Both the position numbers and the translations under genes were made by a program. A stretch of DNA of 63,346 nucleotides, the filler included, from Folioceros fuciformis (Eukaryota), in NCBI GenBank assembly GCA_049999805.1. It is 7 parts of 7 records of this genome, joined end to end, with 100 filler letters (N's around TTAATTAATTAA, not from the genome) between each part and the next. Parts side by side here need not be neighbours in the genome. Positions count along the whole stretch, not along the records: positions 1 to 25,745 come from JBNGIO010005735.1; 6 more parts are not named here. The stretch is one strand, 5' to 3'. Under the pieces are notes generated by a model, which saw only the letters and a list, made by a program, of their open reading frames with translations, searched no databases and was not told where the DNA came from. Shown one piece after another: positions 1 to 12,630 of the stretch; positions within the stretch are counted from its first letter, which is position 1, and each line of letters begins with the position of its first letter.

Positions 1-150
1 CTCCAAAACCCCATGGTCCAAGGAGTTCTTGTGTATAAATACTCCTGTTTATTCTCAACCTAAGTCGCTTTCTCCTTCACTTCACAAAAAAAACCAAAGT
101 CCACCAAATCTGTCACTCAGGAAGGGGGTTCGCAATATTTTTTCCTCTAC
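1..150 (+). mobile_element. 3' part of an LTR (fragment)
   Basis: TATAAATA at ~34 and an end in ...AATATTTTTTCCTCTACA. Its reverse complement (TGTAGAGGAAAAAATATTGC) resembles the LTR terminus TGTGGGGGAAAATATTGC at 25201. Confidence 0.4.
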
Positions 151-3100
151 ACATGCCTGATCGGAGCTAGAGGGGAGCCCTTGAATCCATCATCAAGTTG
201 ATTGAGTCCGATCCTCCATCTATAACAGCGAGGAACCCCATCGCTCCTTTATGGGAATGAAACCCAATGTCTCAACGATAGTGGGATAAGTGTGGCCACT
301 AAAGGTCGAACCCATTGGCAAACAATGCCCGGGGTTTTGCTACCACACTCGCCTAGCTCTAAGAGTAGAAGGAGCTGCTAGAGTCTGTCTTTGCATGCAT
401 GGGTTAATGAGCAATACTCAGCCTCGGTTGAGCTAATTACCACTACCTGCTGCCGCTTACTACTCCAACTTGTTGCTATGCCTCCAAGTAGATATACATA
501 GCTACGTGTACTCTTTCTATCAGCAATGTTGCCTGCCCAATCGGCATCGTTAAAGCCTTCAAGTTGTAGAGGCTCTCCTTACTTGATGTGTGATTGGTAA
601 AGCAACCCTAGATCCGAGGTTGCTCTTAAGTATTTGAATATCCTCTTAACTGCCTTCCAATGAGCTTGAGTAGGAGGCGATAAGAACTGTGACAGGGCTC
701 CCAGTGAATATGATAGGTCTGGTCTAGTGCATGCCATAAGGTACATAAGGCTACCTATGGCGGAAGAGTAAGGAGGAGGAGTAGTGTGTGAAATGTGATC
801 TTGTTGGTCTAGTTCCTTGCTCAACTTAAGGTTAATCTCCAGTGGTGTTGAGATAGGTTTAACCTCTAACACCTTAAACTTAGTTAGAATCTCTTGAATA
901 TACTTAGATTGGTGAATAAGAATGCTTCTAGCCTTTCTATCCCTTAGAACTTGAATGCCTAAGCAAAAAGTAAGATCTCTACAAGTAGTCATAGAGAAAC
1001 GTTTAGCTAGCATAAATCTAGTCTCTTCTAATATGGTCTTAGTGTTAGGCATAAGGACTATATCATCTACATATACTCCTGAGACAATAAAGTGAGCATA
1101 TGATCTTTTGATATAAATATTACTATCTAAGTTCAACTTAGTAAAACGTAGTTTCTTAAGACTAATATCTAACTTGGAGTACCATTTCATTGCACTCTGC
1201 TTAAGTCCATAAAAGGATTTTAGTAATAGGCAAACATTGTGCTTTGCTCTATCTTTGACAATTATTCCCTCAGGAATCTCCATGTAAATGGTGTGGTCAA
1301 GGTCACCATATAGAAGAGCTATCTTGATGTCAATTTGCATTAATTCATAGTTATGGTGAGATCTAAAGCTTAAAGAATCCTAAGTAAGGTTATCTTAAGT
1401 ACAAGACTAAAAGTTTTGTCATAATCGAATCCGTACTTCCGATAATATCCTTTTGCCACTAGTCTAGCTTTATATCTTTCTATGCTACGGTCAACATTTA
1501 ACTTAATTTTAAAAGTCCACTTAGAACCTACTAATTTTCTATCCTTAGGTAGACTAGTTACGGTCCAAGTCTTATTAGCTTGTAGGGATTATAATTTTGA
1601 TTTAATTGCCTTTTTCCAGTGTTCCTTTTGTAGGCATATCATGGCTTCCTGATAATTGGCTCGAACAAATCGATCTATGGCTGCATTGAGGCAATAGGCT
1701 GAAGTGTTCTTAGGGTCCCTCCAATTAGTGGGGGGGAATATCTATTAATTATATCTACATTATGTCTTTGAGGACGTCTGCCTCTTGTGTCTTGTTGTGG
1801 AGTGTCTTGAATGTCCTCATGAAGAGGATCTTCATTAGCTTGAGTATATGTAGGTTGGATGATGGAGTTAGGATCATTATTTAAATTAAAATACAATTTC
1901 CTACTTGCTTTTGGGGTCCCCGGTCGAGGGTGAGAGCAAGGCATCAAGTTGTGTGGCCGAGAGTTGCCCCGCGCGTCTATCCTGAATGCTTGGTAAAAAA
2001 TACTCGTATCCACCGGTTCATGATGGCCGTGAGGGCATGCTCCCGAGGATGTGCCACCGTTGTGCGGATCTGGATGGCTGATTGCTTGCTGGGGGCGTGC
2101 TCCTCGTCGTGTGTAGACGCGCGGGCTTGCTGCTAATGAATGCGTGCCTGTTGAGTGCCCTCCGTGCTGGAAATGTCGCTTGCTGTCCTCATCCTGAAGC
2201 GCTTTGGGCCTGCTATTCCCCCATCGACTTGAGGGCTGAAGATGTTGGAGCTTGAGAACGTTTCTGCAGGTAAGGAGGAGTTGAGCTCGTTGTCCATAAA
2301 ATCGCCAAAGAGGATTGATGGAGTTGCTGCTGCAAGCTGAGGCAAAGGGCTTGGCTTTGGTGTAGGTGTAGCTAGTGGCACGAGCTGGGCGGGTGGCTGT
2401 GGTTGAGCGTGCGGGTGAGGAGCCGGGAGATTGGATGGTTTAGGACTCATCTTCGTCACTGTCCTCAGGCTATGCAGTGGTGTCGCTGGAGGATTCTCCC
2501 ACTTTAGGGGTGTCCAGGATGTCCTCAAGGAATGTTACATCTCGAGAATAGGTCAGTTTGTGTGTCTGCGGATGGATGAGTTTATAGCCTTTAATGCCTT
2601 CAGTGAATCCCACGAATAGGTATTTGCTGGCCCTTTCATCCAGCTTTGCTCTAACTGCTTTGGGTGTATGTACGTAAACAGGTGAGCCGAAAACTCTGAG
2701 GGTAGAGAGATTTGGCCTGTGCCCCGTCCAAGCTTCATATGGAGTACCTTAAGGTAGTGCTGTAGTGAGTCCTGTTGATAATATACACAGTGTGTCCCAT
2801 GGCCTCTGACCAGTAACTTTTGGAAAGCTGTACGTGGATAAGCATAGACAATCCGTGATTTTCAACTGTTTAGTTCATTCTCTTCGCCACTCCATTTTGT
2901 TGGGAGGTGTGTGGAGTGGTTACTTGACGATTGATCCCGTGTTCCCTGCAGAACTCTAAGAATAGGCTAGAGCCATACTCGCCGCCTCCATCAGATCATA
3001 AGGAAAGGATGGACTCACCTGCTTGTTTTTCAACCCATGTCTTGTAGTCTTTAAAGCATGTCAATGCCTAGCTTTTATGTTTGAGGAAATATATGACAGT

Positions 3101-5413
3101 GAATCTTGTTAGGTCATCTATTATGAGCACAAAGTACAGGTAGCCATGGAGGGACCTCTTGAAGGGTCCGCACAAGTATGAATGGACTAATTGGAGCCAT
3201 TTGCTAGCTCTTGTTGTAGGGCCCTTCGGGAAGGGAGACCGCTAGCTCTTGCCGAGTGAGCAAGTTGAGCATATGCCGAAATCTTCAACTCGGGTGAGTG
3301 ATATGTTGTCAGCTGCTTCGGTCTCGAGCATGTTTTGCATCCGCTACAGGTGCATGTGTCCCAATCTAGCGTGCCATAAGAAGGTCTGATTTTGTGAGTG
3401 GTTGTTGGTGGCTGCAGCTAGGGATGATGGTGGTGCCCGGGGTATAGCTACATCTAGTTGGTACAAGTCGTCATTTTGTAAGGCTCCTGTAGCAAGGAGT
3501 TCCCCTTGTGGGGTTTCAATGATGCAGCAACCATCCCTGAAGCATACATAACAGCTTAATTCATCTACCTTTCTAATTGAGAAGAGGTTCTTTGTAAGCC
3601 CTGGTACATGAAGAACGTCTGAGATGTGCAAGGTAGATGCTGTTTTAAGGTTAAGTTTGACGGACCCATGACCCTGTATTTTGTGCCTAGAATCATCTCC
3701 AAGACTAATGTACTGAGGTGGCTGTGTAGGGTTGATCTCTATGAAGTATTCTAGGTTTGGTGTCATGTGCTGGGAGGCACCTGAGTCAATGTACCATGTG
3801 TGATGTCCCTGGGCTGCAAGATGCCACATAAGCTGTTGGATTAGAGGAACTTGGTTGATCTAGCTGATCTTGGGATGATTGAGGTGTGTGTGTTAAATAT
3901 GCTCTTGTATGTCTTTTCATTGTGAGGGCGAGTTGTACTGTTTGCTCACGTTGATGTTGTGGGTTGTTTCCACCTTGTCGTTTCCGACATTCCTCGTAGG
4001 TATGTCCTGGAATTTTACAGTACCCGCAGATGGGTTTCCAGGAGGGATTGTTGTATCCTCTTCCTCTATTAGGGTAAGTACCCTGATAATTGCCCCGTCC
4101 ATAGGGGTGTGGTTGTCCTCGCATGGCGCGGCCCCTGCCCCTGAATCTTCTAACTGTAAAATAGGCGCTGGAGGAAGCTTCACCAGCGTAAAAAGTGGTG
4201 GATAATTTGCGTCTTGCTTCTTCTGTTAGCATAGAGCTAATAACTTTGTTGACTGTCAGGAGAGTTACTCCTTGAAGGGATTGCACAGTACTAACCCAAG
4301 ACTCAAGCAGCATGGAAAGGAGTAGGACTGCAGAAAGATCTTGGGTAAGGACGAATCTAGTGTCCTTGAATTTTGTTGACCAGCTGCAGAAGGGCATAGC
4401 ATGTTGGTCGACGAGATTTCCCTTTTGCATGCATAGGCCGAAGAAGTGTTTGATGGTGTGTACGGTGTGCATAATATTTGTGGCTGCATAGATATTGTGC
4501 AATTGTTGCTAGGCAGTTGCTGCAGTGTCTATGTTTTCGATATGTTGGACATTCCCATGACGCATAGCCTGGATGATCATGTTGCTTGCTTGTTGATTGG
4601 CGTGTTTCCAATCCTCCTTTTCTTTTGCTATTCCGTTGGTTGGGTAGGCTATGGGAACAAGGGGGTTGCCTACGCCTTCTACATAGCCCCATAACTTTCT
4701 CTCCTTTAGGATGTTTGTAATCCTGAATTTCCATGTTGGAAAGTTCTGTTGCTGACCATCGAACTTGTCTTCTTTCCCAAGCTAGTGTGGGAGGACATGA
4801 CGTTCTATACGTTGAAGACAATGTTTCTAATTATACTGGATACATCTAACTGCATGGTGAGGACAATTCTGTAAGTTCGTTGAGGGAATTCGATAAGGAA
4901 ATATGGTTCGTCTAGAGTGTTGATTTTCTGTATTATTGAGGTTTGTGTTTCTTGGATTTCCTTTGTAGATGGGAGTCTAAAGAGGTTGTGCTGTCTACAT
5001 AGAGAACTGAGGTGAGAGATTACTTGCTCCTTGACATTTGTGACTGAGATGGGAGCGATGATGTTTAGACATGTGGTAAATTCCCTTTTCATTGTTGGCG
5101 GAAGAGATATTCTACCTGGATGTATGGGAAGTCATAATCATTAGGTTTTAGGTGACCTCTAAGGAGTAGTTCTTCGCCAATTAAAAGTAGGACACTGCAG
5201 GTCTTGAACCAGCCGTAATGCTAGAGGTTTCCTGTGCCTCTTTGAGGTATCGAATCTCTCTATTGGACCTTTGCCATTCAAGGTATGTAGCTTATTTTTC
5301 TGCTTTCTTTGCGAGGCATCTTCGCCTCTGATCACCAGGCATTAGGTCGCAATTGGCGGGGCATTATGGTGTGGCTGGTATGGATGCTATCGGTGATCAA
5401 AGGGCAGGAATCC

Positions 5414-5426
5414 TGCTCTAATACCA
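5414..5426 (-). promoter_or_regulatory. Primer binding site (tRNA-iMet type), one mismatch
   Basis: Minus strand TGGTATTAGAGCA directly after the LTR terminal CA; canonical form is TGGTATCAGAGC. Confidence 0.85.
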
Positions 5427-5605
5427 TGTGATTGTCAGGATTAGATGTGCATTGAAACCTGATCGTTAAGTACAAAGGTGAAACGCTGCAAGGGTACGCT
5501 TAACTGTTCGACTTTTGGTATCGGTCTGTAGACCGAATTGTGCCCTAACCTAGGTAGATATGCATTAATAATAGATATGTTGGCGTGCAGAACTCTCCTC
5601 ACAAG

Positions 5606-5719
5606 CCTCATGTGCTGCACTGCATCCGAGAAAGCTTCTCATTACTTCACATAGTTCAGTCACCTCATGTGCTGCACTGCATCCGAGAAAGCTTCTCATT
5701 TCTTCACATAGTTTAGTCA
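5606..5719. repeat. 57-bp tandem duplication inside the putative copia 5' LTR (5427-~5744)
   Basis: CCTCATGTGCTGCACTGCATCCGAGAAAGCTTCTCATT(A/T)CTTCACATAGTT(C/T)AGTCA at 5606 and 5663, two mismatches. Confidence 0.9.
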
Positions 5720-5759
5720 CGACCTTGGTTCTCCTTCAAGAACATGCCACATGCCACAT

Positions 5760-8700
5760 GCCAGGGGGTGGCAGGTTGCTTCCATGTACGAGCTTGAAGG
5801 GAGAGTACCATGTAGCAGAGTGCTTGGCTGAATTATATGCAAATTCAACCAATGGTAACGCCCCCTCCTACTTACTTTGCCTATGATGGCAATATGGTCG
5901 GAGTACGTCCTCCATTGTTTGGTTGAGTTTCTCGCTTGCTCCATCAGATTGAGGATGATATGTTGAGCCCATACATTGCTTCACTCCCATGCTTCTGCAT
6001 AATGCTTTCTAGAATTCTGAGGTGAACTTGGAGTCACGATCTGAAATCACCTCTTGTGGCATGCCATGCAACCTCACAACTTCATGGAGAAAGATTGGTG
6101 CTAGTTGCCTTGCCTTAACAGTCCCCTTGCATGGAATGAAATGTGCCATTTTAATTGCCTTGTCCATGCACACCCATATTGTGTCATTTCCTCGTTTTGT
6201 TTTGGGCAGGGATGTGACAAAATCACATGCCATGCTCTTCCACTTCCCATCTGGAACTTCAAGCGGCGTCAATAGACCTGCTGGTCTTTTTAGCTCAACC
6301 TTTGTCTGTTGGCAGGGAAGACAACTCTTCACATGTTGCATAGTGTCTCTTCTCATGCCCTTCCACCACACTCTCTTTCAGCCTCTCATAGCTCTTGTTT
6401 ATTCCCATGTGTCCAGCAATTGGGGCGTTGTCTAGGATTCAACAGAGGTTGTTTGAAAAAACGCCGAAGGCTCCTATGGTTAGTGTAAACAGTGAACTCT
6501 AAACCTTACGGATAATGCCTCCAAGCTTTGAGGGCATGCACCACTACTAGCATCTCTTTGTCACGAGTTGTGTAATTCTTCTCTGCACCTTGTAGTTTCC
6601 TTGATAGGAAACTCACAGCCTTGCCCTCTTGCTGCAGAACAGCTCCCATTGCATAGTTTGAAGCATCTGTGCCGATTACAAGTGGCTTGCTCAAGTCCGG
6701 CAAGATGAGTGTGGCAGCTTGAGCTATAGCTTGCTTCAGTTCTTCAAAGGCTACAACTGCTTTGACTGATATTGGAAACTTGGCTGTTTTAATGGTACAA
6801 CCATCTTTGCATACCCAGGAATGAATGATTTTAACTGCACTGCCATTCCCAAAAATTGTTGCAGTTCGGAGAGGTTGCTGGGCAAAGGCCACTCTTGGAT
6901 GATTCTGACCTTCTCAAGGTCGACCTCGACTCCAGTAGCTGAAACTACGAATCCCAAGTAGTGTACCTTCTCTTTGAAAAAAATCACACTTTTGCCTCCT
7001 TGCAAACAGCCTGTGCTCTCTGAGGGCTGTTAACACTAACTTCAGGTGTTCCTTGTGCTCTTCTATGCTTGCAGAGTATATGAGGATGTCATCAACAAAA
7101 ACCTCCACAAACTTTCCCATGAAGCGCCGCGAAATCTTGGTCATGAGCATAGTGAAGCTAGCAGGGGCATTTGACATTCCAATTGGCAAGACCAAAATTG
7201 GTAGTGACCATACCGTGTGCGAAATGCAGACTTGAATTCCTTGCCAACCTTTTTTCGGAAATGGTGGAATCCACTCTGAAGGTTCACTTTGCTGAATACC
7301 TTGGCACCGACGAGATTATCCAGGATCTCGTCTACCCGAGGCATCTGGAACTTGTTCTTCACAATGGAAGCATTAAGACCTCTGTAATCTATGCACATTT
7401 CGATTTTACCATTACGCTGTTTGACAAACAGAACTTGTGCAGCGTAAGGCGAGAGTAACAGGTTGCTCCTCCTTGTACGACTAACTGCTTCCCTTTCCAC
7501 AGAAAAATCATTTAGTAATCATTTTGGGGTCTAATCTCCACAACCAGTCTTGGTCCAAGAGCACTTCATGTGACAGGGCGTCCCCCACTTTTAGCTTGAC
7601 TTGGTCTGTGTAGCCTTAGAAGCTAATTTCAGTCTGGACCTTGTGCATCGTCACCTTCTCAATTGCTCCATTGGCCAACTTCATGTGTTGTTGCGTTTCT
7701 GTCCAGTACCACTCCACTCCAACTGCATCCCTAGCTACGTTTGCACGCACATAGATGTGGGAGGAACCTTCATTGATAAGAAATGAGACCTTCTTGCTGC
7801 TAAGCTTCCCGTCCATGGTCAGTGATTTGTGCTTGACGTGCTGATGAGCTGCTCTTCTCTCCCAAATTCATGCAATTCGCAATTTTTGACGCCTGCCCTC
7901 CTTTTGTTGCAGCGGGCTGGACCAATGGGCAATTCTCCTTGTCCTCCAACTACATGACAGCGTTAACCATTGCCAACTGTGGAGCGCCCTTGGCGGCCAT
8001 TGCCGTTGCTTTCTTATTTTTCAGCCACTGGCCATAAAGATCGCCATAAGTGCAGCCATGGGAGATGTGATCCTTTCCTGCACATATGAAACAAGGCCCC
8101 CTGGCCATGAAATCCTTCTTTTCTGTCTCGTTCCGTTGCTTGAACTCTATTGGCTTCTGCTCAATTTGTTGGTTGACGTGAGCTATGGACCTAGCAACAT
8201 CTACCCTTGGCTTCCAAATGTTTCCTGGGTTGTACTTTGAGCTCGTCCCTTGAGCATGATACTGCATGTGAGGGTTAGAGGAAGGTTGCACTAGATTGCT
8301 TGTAGTTGTTGCTGCCGTTAGGGTTGGAGGCTTCACTCCATAATTCTCGATGTCTAGGGCTGCTTGCATCGCTTCTTCCACAAGAGGTACACTTCTTTTG
8401 CTTGATTCCTAGCTTGTACTCCAGTTTAATTGCATCACAATAACGCGCAAGCTTTGCCTCTTGCTCGAGGTCTGGCAACTTGAGCATGGTCCTCATGAAC
8501 TTGAGGTGAAATTCTTGCAGCGTCCCTGTATGCTTCGGAGCATCTAAGCACTCCAGCAACGCTCCTTGTGATCCTTCGGTAAAAAACTTCGAAGAAGCTC
8601 GGCCTTCATCACCTCCCAGCTCATGATCGGTGTCTTCTCTCCTCGTTGGCTAGCCTCCTTTCTGTTCTCCCACCATGCTCAAGCTAGATCACTTGTGTAG

Positions 8701-10906
8701 TGGGCAGCTAGGTCAATCTTCTCCTTTTCAGCCATGTTCATGGCCTCAAAATAAATTGAGAAAACTCTGGTCCACTCCTGCAACTTGGTTGGGCTACGGT
8801 CTTGACAGCTTAGAACTTCAAACTTGGTGCGCTTCCTCAAGTCAACATTCCTAGAAGGCTCGTGTCCCTTATCAAACAGTCAGCTCTCTTTGACAGTAAG
8901 CTCAGCCACGGTTTAGGTCTGTGGTCTTGCATGTCTGGCTATTTGCAGCCTCCTTGCAATTTCAGCTATTTTGGGGTCCTCTTGTTCTTCTGGTGCTAGG
9001 GCTTGGACTCTGAATCTCAAGCTGTCATTGATGGCACCGGTGTGCTTGTTGCAGGGACAACATATTTGCTTGGAGTCGCAACTGGAGTGACCAGCTCGTT
9101 GCTGGCTTCAGCTCTCGTTGCCTTGGATCCATTGTGTACAGGAATGGGGGGCTCGGGCCTATGGCTCTCCTACCCTGATGCAGGTCTTTGTAAAGCTTGG
9201 TGGGTTTAGGGTTTAGGGTGCTATCTCCTGCTCTTAGTGCTATCTCCTGTTCGACGTTTTGGACACTAGCTCGGCCATCATTTTCTTGTGTTGGTTTCTT
9301 TGTTCTTGCAGAGAACGATGCAACACGAGCTGAGCCTCAACCTCGATCCGAGCTTGGTATGTTGTTGTGTCCATGGTTTCTGTCATACGCACTTCGGTAC
9401 CTCTTGTTTTCGGAATCCGTTCCTCAGATATGTGTGCTCCAACGGACGGGCCGATGTCGGGCAAGTGCACCGCAGGTTCAGGAATGGAATTCCTCGTCGA
9501 AGTTGCTTTCTTGCGACGCTTGACTGTTTGCTCTTGTGGAGGTTCGGTGGGTTGCGATTTCTACGGTCACGCTGGTCTCTTTTTCACTCCACCTCTGGCA
9601 GACAATCCACCGTGAGTCCTCCCTGCACCGCTTGAGGGAGCTAATGGCTTGGCTCCAGTGTTTCGTGTCACTTCATCCATCTGCTTCGTTCTCCTTCGCA
9701 ACCTGGAAGAAGCCCTACTCTCTTCCAGGTGCCAGTAATTGACGGTAAGTCAAAACTGATCTTAATTTAAGGACTAAGATGATTGCTCAACAAAGATCGC
9801 ACTCCGGCAACTTGAGCCGTGCAATGAGGTTGGTTTACATTCGCGTCACGTAGATCGCACTCCAGCGAACTTGGACTGGTGCAATGGCGCAATTGTTGCG
9901 TTTGCCTCGAAGTCGACCAATCTGAAGCATCACAATGCCTCTTGCGTCGTCAAAGGCCTTTCGGATGCACAACCACGAGGTGTCGGGGCTCACCAAGAAC
10001 CCACTCCTCTCTGCTCCTGCTGAATGTCGCGTCGCCCGTATCAGCAAGATGCGCTGAAAGACGCACTTGGGGGACTGGTGACATTCCCAACGGCATCACC
10101 ACTCGCTCGGCTTGACTTGGCACTCCTTTTCCCGCCCCCTCTGCGTTCTTTCTCGCACCACTTCTTATCTTTCCCTTCTTTGAACTTGTGCGGCACCCAC
10201 TTCACACACAACTAGCCATCCCTGTTCTCGCTCTTCACCAATCTTGGTTCATCATCTTAAAGACCAAGGATTTGGACTCTGCGGCTTTCTTCTGATGAAG
10301 TCATGGGCTCCAAATTCTCCTCACACTGGATACCAAAACCTTGGACAACTCAAAAAGCACGAGCACCTGTTTTGCCGACTTGTACCCACTCCTCAACTGT
10401 CTACTACGAGCTCCCACGCCTACGCTTGCGAATCCAATCAAGGACCGCCCCATCCTCCGGAGACATCGCTGCGAACCATCCGTTAGACTCTGATACCAGA
10501 TGTTACCGCACACGGCGGCACGAGCGTGTCGGGAGACCGAAGAAGAGCCCCCGTTCACATCTTGGCGCACATACCTAGGACCCGCGGCCCGCGTCTGATT
10601 TGGGTTCTTGGCTGGGATTTACTAACCATGGTCCAGTTAGCTAACCTAGTGTAGCCCTATCTATGGTTAGTTCCATTCCTAGCTAGCTCTTCTATCTGTA
10701 GTCCTCCACCTCGTCGCTCTTCTAGCTGCAGTCCTCCATCTCGTCGCTCTTCTAGCTGCAGTCCTCCATNNNNNNNNNNTAGCTGCAGTCCTCCATCTCG
10801 TCGCTCTTCTAGCTGCAGTCCTCCATATTGTCGGTGGCTGCTCCTCTATGCACTGATCAGGTGCGATACTCATCCTTGGATCACAGTCTAGTTAGCTACC
10901 GTGACA
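5760..10906 (-). mobile_element. Decayed Ty3/gypsy LTR retrotransposon, integrase interrupted by the copia LTR
   Basis: 5' LTR 10501-10906 (TGTTAC...GTGACA), PBS TGGTATCAGAG at ~10488-10498. Gag knuckle CFICAGKDHISHGC, degenerate protease FLINEGSSH, RT (MCIDYRGLN, VFVDDILIYS), RNase H TDASNYAMGAVL, integrase (CLPCQ, DFVTSLP, ISDRDSKF, LPLVEFAYNS). Gypsy order RT-RH-IN. Confidence 0.93.
10682..10826. repeat. 30-bp tandem repeat in the gypsy LTR (spans a 10-N gap)
   Basis: Unit CTAGCTGCAGTCCTCCATCTCGTCGCTCTT, at least ~4 copies; true number hidden by the gap at 10770-10779. Confidence 0.9.
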
Positions 10907-11514
10907 CAGAGCTTGGTCGAGGATCAGTTTGAGGCCCTCCTGCACCTGCTTCTTCTCGAATAGAGCCATCGCAATGCCCACCCCCCGGTCTCAGCTCGCT
11001 CCCAGCAATCGTTTCCAAAGTCTGTGACTATCGTAAGCTTCTAATGGTTAAGGCTACCACTCTGCGCAAACGGGTCAGGTTTTCCTCCCGTAGACGTTAC
11101 TCTTCCAGTCGACCAAGCCCTACAATTTCTCCCAGCTCCGACACCCGAATTTCCTGCCTCTCAATCTCTCGTCGCAGCTGATCGGATCCAATCCCCTGTC
11201 GTGGGCCCAAGAATGAGACCGCTCCTAAGTCTCCACCTCTCGCAGCGCTTAACTTACATTAGTATTTGCTTAAGAGCTGGCATATACTCAGTGAATCCCT
11301 CAAAACCCCACGCTACTCCACCAGATGGAGTCCTGAATGCGACCCTCGCGCGCCTGACCTGAATCGTCTGCTGGTGGCAGACCCTGCTTCTTGTAGTGTC
11401 CCGTATCCGTTGGTAAGTCTTCGGTGGTGATCACCCCTTCACTTACTGCTTTGGGATTGCCTACCGCTGTGAGTTCTTGCTGTCCGAGACTGCCAGGGGG
11501 CATTCCACTCTGCG

Positions 11515-11619
11515 GCTCCCGGCTTGATGTGATTACCCGCTCCTGTTGCTGCTCCCAGCTTGATGTGATTACCTGCTCCTGTTGCCGCTCCCAGGTTGAT
11601 GTGATTACCTGCTCCTGTT
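11515..11619. repeat. 36-bp tandem repeat x3
   Basis: GCTCCCRGYTTGATGTGATTACCYGCTCCTGTTGCY-like units at 11515, 11551 and 11587. Confidence 0.9.
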
Positions 11620-11739
11620 GGTTTCCTGATATCCTAGGCATAGGTGGAAAACAAGCTTGTCCTTCCGTTACAACCACCAGAGCCAGAGGAATCTCGAAAG
11701 GTTGCAGAGACTCCTCAAATTCCTCATCAGTGAGTAGCC

Positions 11740-12070
11740 TTCATGCTGACCGTGAATGCACCAAAAAGGTGCCAATATAACTACGGCTTGCATTGTCATT
11801 GTCCAAGCTGTTGGGTACTGGGCTTTTGGAGTTTGACCCCATGGTGCATTATCCCATGAAGGGGCGTTACTCCATGTGCCTCACATTAACCCCCACGCTA
11901 AGCATTGATAAGCTAAGGAAGCCAAAGATGTGCTCACCAGAGTGGGCGACAGAGAAAGCCATAGATGTGCCCACCAGAGTGGACGACTGAGATGCCAATT
12001 ACGGTGGTGTTCCATAGCCTCCGCGCATTCTAAGCAAGGGAATGCTAAGAGGGCCGTAGGTGAGGACTGG
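11740..12070 (+). pseudogene. Possible LINE (L1) ORF1 remnant
   Basis: Degenerate KKVPI*LRL...KLLG..LLEFDP...KGRYSMC...YGGVP resembles the PVWVRL...G..L..D...R...Y..LP pattern of plant L1 ORF1. Weak, by eye only. Confidence 0.3.
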
Positions 12071-12630
12071 AACCGAACGGCCACGTTTTTGTAGCTGCCT
12101 TTCAAGCTTGTACATTTTCCACCGACGTGGCTTCACGGACCCTTGACTGCTTGCACACTCCTAGACTACGCAAGAACGTAGACTCACCAGTCCTTCGAAG
12201 ACCTTGCATTTGCATCCGGGCACCTAGATCCAGAGCCTTCTCGGCATAAGCCTCCAGGACTCGGCACCACCTGAAATCATTTTTGTCACGCCACCACCTC
12301 CCTCCAGGCTACCCTTTAAATGCAAATGCCTGTAAGATAGTAGGCGTAAGAGTAGTCAAACCTTCTCTGCAAAAAATTTAAGTAAAGAGTTCGGCACCCT
12401 TGTGCCGAACCCTGGTCTGCTTTACGGATAGTCCTAATTGTGATCTTTAAGTCTACTGCCCGTGCACTGCGACTCACGGTAGACGACATCGTGACGCTCA
12501 GTCTAGGTGCGAGCTGCAGGCGGGCTGTGTTTGGCGATTCGTTCGAAGAGAGTAGTGCTTTGCAGGATGGACTGAGAGTACATGATGCTCATCACGGTCA
12601 ACTATCTTCCACCTCTTGACTTAGGGGGTA

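Larger units (their letters stand above)
386..5744 (-). mobile_element. Decayed Ty1/copia LTR retrotransposon (5' LTR, PBS, leader, gag-PR-IN-RT-RH; 3' end truncated)
   Basis: Gag start ~4798 (frameshifted into KFDGQQQNFPTWKFRI), zinc knuckle CGYCKIPGHTYEEC, protease WYIDSGASQHM, GAG-pre-integrase LWHARLGH, RT (YGLKQS, VYVDD, TRPDLSY at 579-1340), RNase H STEAEY ending ~386. Copia order (IN before RT); many stops and frameshifts. Confidence 0.93.

Noticed and set aside
9835-10466. Separate ORF directly after the gypsy PBS
   Set aside because: On careful translation the stop density is close to random expectation.
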